A stretch of DNA of 57,823 nucleotides from Chthonomonas calidirosea (GTDB lineage Bacteria; Armatimonadota; Chthonomonadetes; Chthonomonadales; Chthonomonadaceae): the NCBI GenBank assembly GCA_945878775.1, contig CAMCUQ010000001.1:1-57823 (forward strand), written 5' to 3'. The position numbers and the translations under genes are program-made. Positions 55,551 through 57,823 of the stretch are shown one piece after another. A model generated the notes under the pieces. The model made no database searches. It worked only from the letters and a program-made list of their open reading frames with translations, and had not been told where the DNA came from. Positions within the stretch are counted from its first letter, which is position 1. Each line of letters starts with the position of its first letter.

Positions 55551-57602
55551 TTAGAATGCAAAAACCCATTTCGCGAGGAATCGAGGTACGAAAGCCTGTG
55601 CATTCGGGTCTCCAATCACAAAGTAGAAATCGGTTCCCTTACGTCCTGCATTTCGATAAGAGAGGTAGAAATTGACCGTTGACTCCAAGACAATGCGCCC
55701 ACCCCACGATTGGAAGGGGTTTATCTCGTAGTTGAAGGTTACGATATGTTGTTGGTTGAAGCCCTGATAGCTCTGCATAGAGGCGGTATAGATGATATCA
55801 GATCGCTTGCCGAGGCGAAAACTGAAGCTTGGGTCTATGGAGGTGTAGGGTAGGTTTGCCTGTTGTCCTGTCACGAAGTTGAGTCCCCAACGCTTGAAGC
55901 GGTTTGTTGCTCCCCGAACGAACGAGACACCATAGGTAAAGTCCGTACTATCGTAGAACTTTCCCCCTTCTGTAAAGATGCCAATCTGGTTATCGCTCCG
56001 TGTTTCAACTTGCACCATAAGACCTCCAGAGCGTCGGAAAGGAATCCCATTTAAGTCCCAATCCCATGTGGGGAAAAAAGAGACCTCAAAACCGCGCCAG
56101 AAGCCTTTGCGCCACTCCGCACCCCAGAACATAAACCCAGAGAATCCTTGGTAGTTATTGAAGGGTATAAACCCTAAACTATCATTGAAATTCGCATTCA
56201 CATGGCGGTAGCGCAGTGTTGAAAAGAAGTTCTTGTCTTCAAGATTCAAGGCTCCTGTCCAAGCAGCTCCTCCTGCATTTTTGCCCAGAGACTGGAAGTA
56301 CTGAGTATCAAACCCCCACTTCCCGCGCCGATAGTTCTGCGACATTCCAAGGATCGAGTTATCTGCTCCCTCCTCAACCCGTTGCATCAGTAGCACATTC
56401 ATGTTGGCGGTTTTGCCAAGCTCTCGGCGCACGTTCGCTACAATATTGGTTTGGTTCCCAATATCGACGGTGCTAAGAAAGCCAAGTGTGGTCTGGGGAT
56501 TCACTTTGCCGTAGAGTTTTGCGCCCACGTCAAACTGTCCTATATTGGCGGGATTAAATAGAAGTCCGAGTTGGTAGGGACGCCCTAGTTCAAAGTAGTC
56601 TGAGCCTTCCAAAAAGAAGGGACGTTTGTCGGGAACATAGCGTTGAGAGCGCGAAAAGAAGATACCCTCAACTGCCCCCTCCACCGTCGAAAAGTCGGGG
56701 TTTATAGTGCCAACCGCTGTCAGTTCAGGGGTCGGTTGGTAACGTGCATCTAGCCCTACACGAATTTGGCTTCTGCCCCCGCTGCTGTGGGTGCTTGGCA
56801 TGAGGTAGGGTAAGAACGAGAGGCGTGGTTTCCATGCGTTTGCGGGTGCCACGACTCCCTTCCAAAGCCCCTCGCGCTCATTGAAAAACTGAACGCCAAT
56901 ATTACTCCACATGGAGCGAACCTGAGTGCGCTGTTGCATTCTGCGGAAGTTCATGCCAAAGTTTTGTTTCAAAACAGCACGAGGGTAGGAGAGCATACCC
57001 CAGGGAATCCGCATTTCCGCCGTCCATCCGTCTGAAACGATCTTGGCTGAGGCGTCCCAGTCCCCTTGCCACTCCACTTTGCCAGCGCGTCCTCCGCTGA
57101 TGTGGGTGCTGCGCGTGCCGCGCGGGTTCACCATAAAGATCGTAAAGTCGTCAAACTTGTAGGTCAAAAACGGATCGAGTTCAAAACTCACAAAGTCGTC
57201 GCTTTTCAGTTGTGCATCCCGCACTGTCTCGCGCCCCACGATTCCGCTCGGTTGGCTATCATAACAATGGTATCCCACATAGATATACTCTTTATCATAA
57301 AGAAGATATACCTCCGTCTGATCCCCTGTTGGCTTGCTGGTCTGAGGATCGATAAACTTGTCGAGACGCGCCGCCGTTTTCCATGCGGGGTCATCCAACA
57401 AGCCATCTATCTTTGGTGCAGGAGTCGCGTCTTGGCGTGCGACTGCGTCCACAGAGCGGTTATAATAGAAAGGGCTTGTAGCGTTGTCGTCTGGGGTTGG
57501 ATTGGCAGAAAGAGCACGAGGCAGTATGCTGAAGTAGATTCCCATCCCAAAAACAAAAACAAAAAAAGCACGAGGCTTCATCACCTCTGGAAGAAAGCGC
57601 AT
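55551..57602 (-). CDS. CBM9-like / DUF5916 domain outer-membrane-type protein
   Basis: Signal peptide, IDGLLDDPAWKTAARLDKF (CBM9-like head), then a long beta-rich aromatic-terminated body (ends ...KWVFAF). Sits 7 nt upstream of the ankyrin gene. Confidence 0.6.
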   Translation of the reverse strand: MRFLPEVMKPRAFFVFVFGMGIYFSILPRALSANPTPDDNATSPFYYNRSVDAVARQDATPAPKIDGLLDDPAWKTAARLDKFIDPQTSKPTGDQTEVYLLYDKEYIYVGYHCYDSQPSGIVGRETVRDAQLKSDDFVSFELDPFLTYKFDDFTIFMVNPRGTRSTHISGGRAGKVEWQGDWDASAKIVSDGWTAEMRIPWGMLSYPRAVLKQNFGMNFRRMQQRTQVRSMWSNIGVQFFNEREGLWKGVVAPANAWKPRLSFLPYLMPSTHSSGGRSQIRVGLDARYQPTPELTAVGTINPDFSTVEGAVEGIFFSRSQRYVPDKRPFFLEGSDYFELGRPYQLGLLFNPANIGQFDVGAKLYGKVNPQTTLGFLSTVDIGNQTNIVANVRRELGKTANMNVLLMQRVEEGADNSILGMSQNYRRGKWGFDTQYFQSLGKNAGGAAWTGALNLEDKNFFSTLRYRHVNANFNDSLGFIPFNNYQGFSGFMFWGAEWRKGFWRGFEVSFFPTWDWDLNGIPFRRSGGLMVQVETRSDNQIGIFTEGGKFYDSTDFTYGVSFVRGATNRFKRWGLNFVTGQQANLPYTSIDPSFSFRLGKRSDIIYTASMQSYQGFNQQHIVTFNYEINPFQSWGGRIVLESTVNFYLSYRNAGRKGTDFYFVIGDPNAQAFVPRFLAKWVFAF

Positions 57603-57823
57603 TCAAATCTCCTTAAATCGACTACCAATAGTCTGGTAGGAACAATACTCTATCGTCTGTTATACAAAGTATCCTAAACTTTAGTTTCCGGTAAATCCGA
57701 GTGCATTTTGGTCTTGAATTTGCTCTGAGTTCCGCTTCCGCCTTCGGTGGGCGGTGACTCCGGTGGTAAGATGGGCGGTGACGCTGTTCTTTTTTCGGAT
57801 TTGCCCTAGCGGTTCGGGCAAGT

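Noticed and set aside
57700-57823. tRNA or tmRNA at the right edge
   Set aside because: No T-loop (GGTTCGAATCC-like) or acceptor/anticodon arrangement could be fitted. Only short hairpins are present, and the element is truncated by the window.

Overview
This 57.8-kb chromosomal window covers the replication-origin neighbourhood of a bacterium. That block reads, on the minus strand, dnaA, then a DnaA-box/AT-rich oriC candidate, then recF, a DUF721/DciA-like gene and comEC. The gene content includes two PSCyt/DUF1549/DUF1553 + DUF1501 loci, a DUF1559 'H-X9-DG' pseudopilin, DUF1080 and a tricorn-like protease. This looks like Planctomycetota/PVC or Armatimonadota, but that is inference only because the window holds no rRNA marker. 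I call about 55 protein-coding genes. They include a partial his cluster (hisD-hisB-x-hisH-hisA), a DinG-like helicase, a GH29 fucosidase, an orphan flhA and an ABC-2 exporter cut by the left edge. I recognised no rRNA, tRNA, CRISPR array, transposase or integrase. The most interesting signals are these. (1) Five tandem, anciently diverged paralogs of a ~100-aa single-pass membrane/coiled-coil protein share a frozen RDTSMQYDLSF(D/E)TALQ core and sit directly after hisA (32.9-34.6 kb). (2) A visibly AT-rich islet (17.3-19.9 kb) encodes a 72-aa secreted peptide whose 50-aa mature part has 10 Cys, followed by a membrane-anchored helical-repeat protein, a pseudopilin and a DsbA-like CPPC oxidoreductase. 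(3) The oriC candidate occupies the slot where dnaN normally lies. It is built from TGTTGATAA boxes and is packed with GANTC pentamers. Many long ORFs in the six-frame track are antisense shadows of real genes and are rejected. All family assignments come from reading motifs by eye, with no database search.
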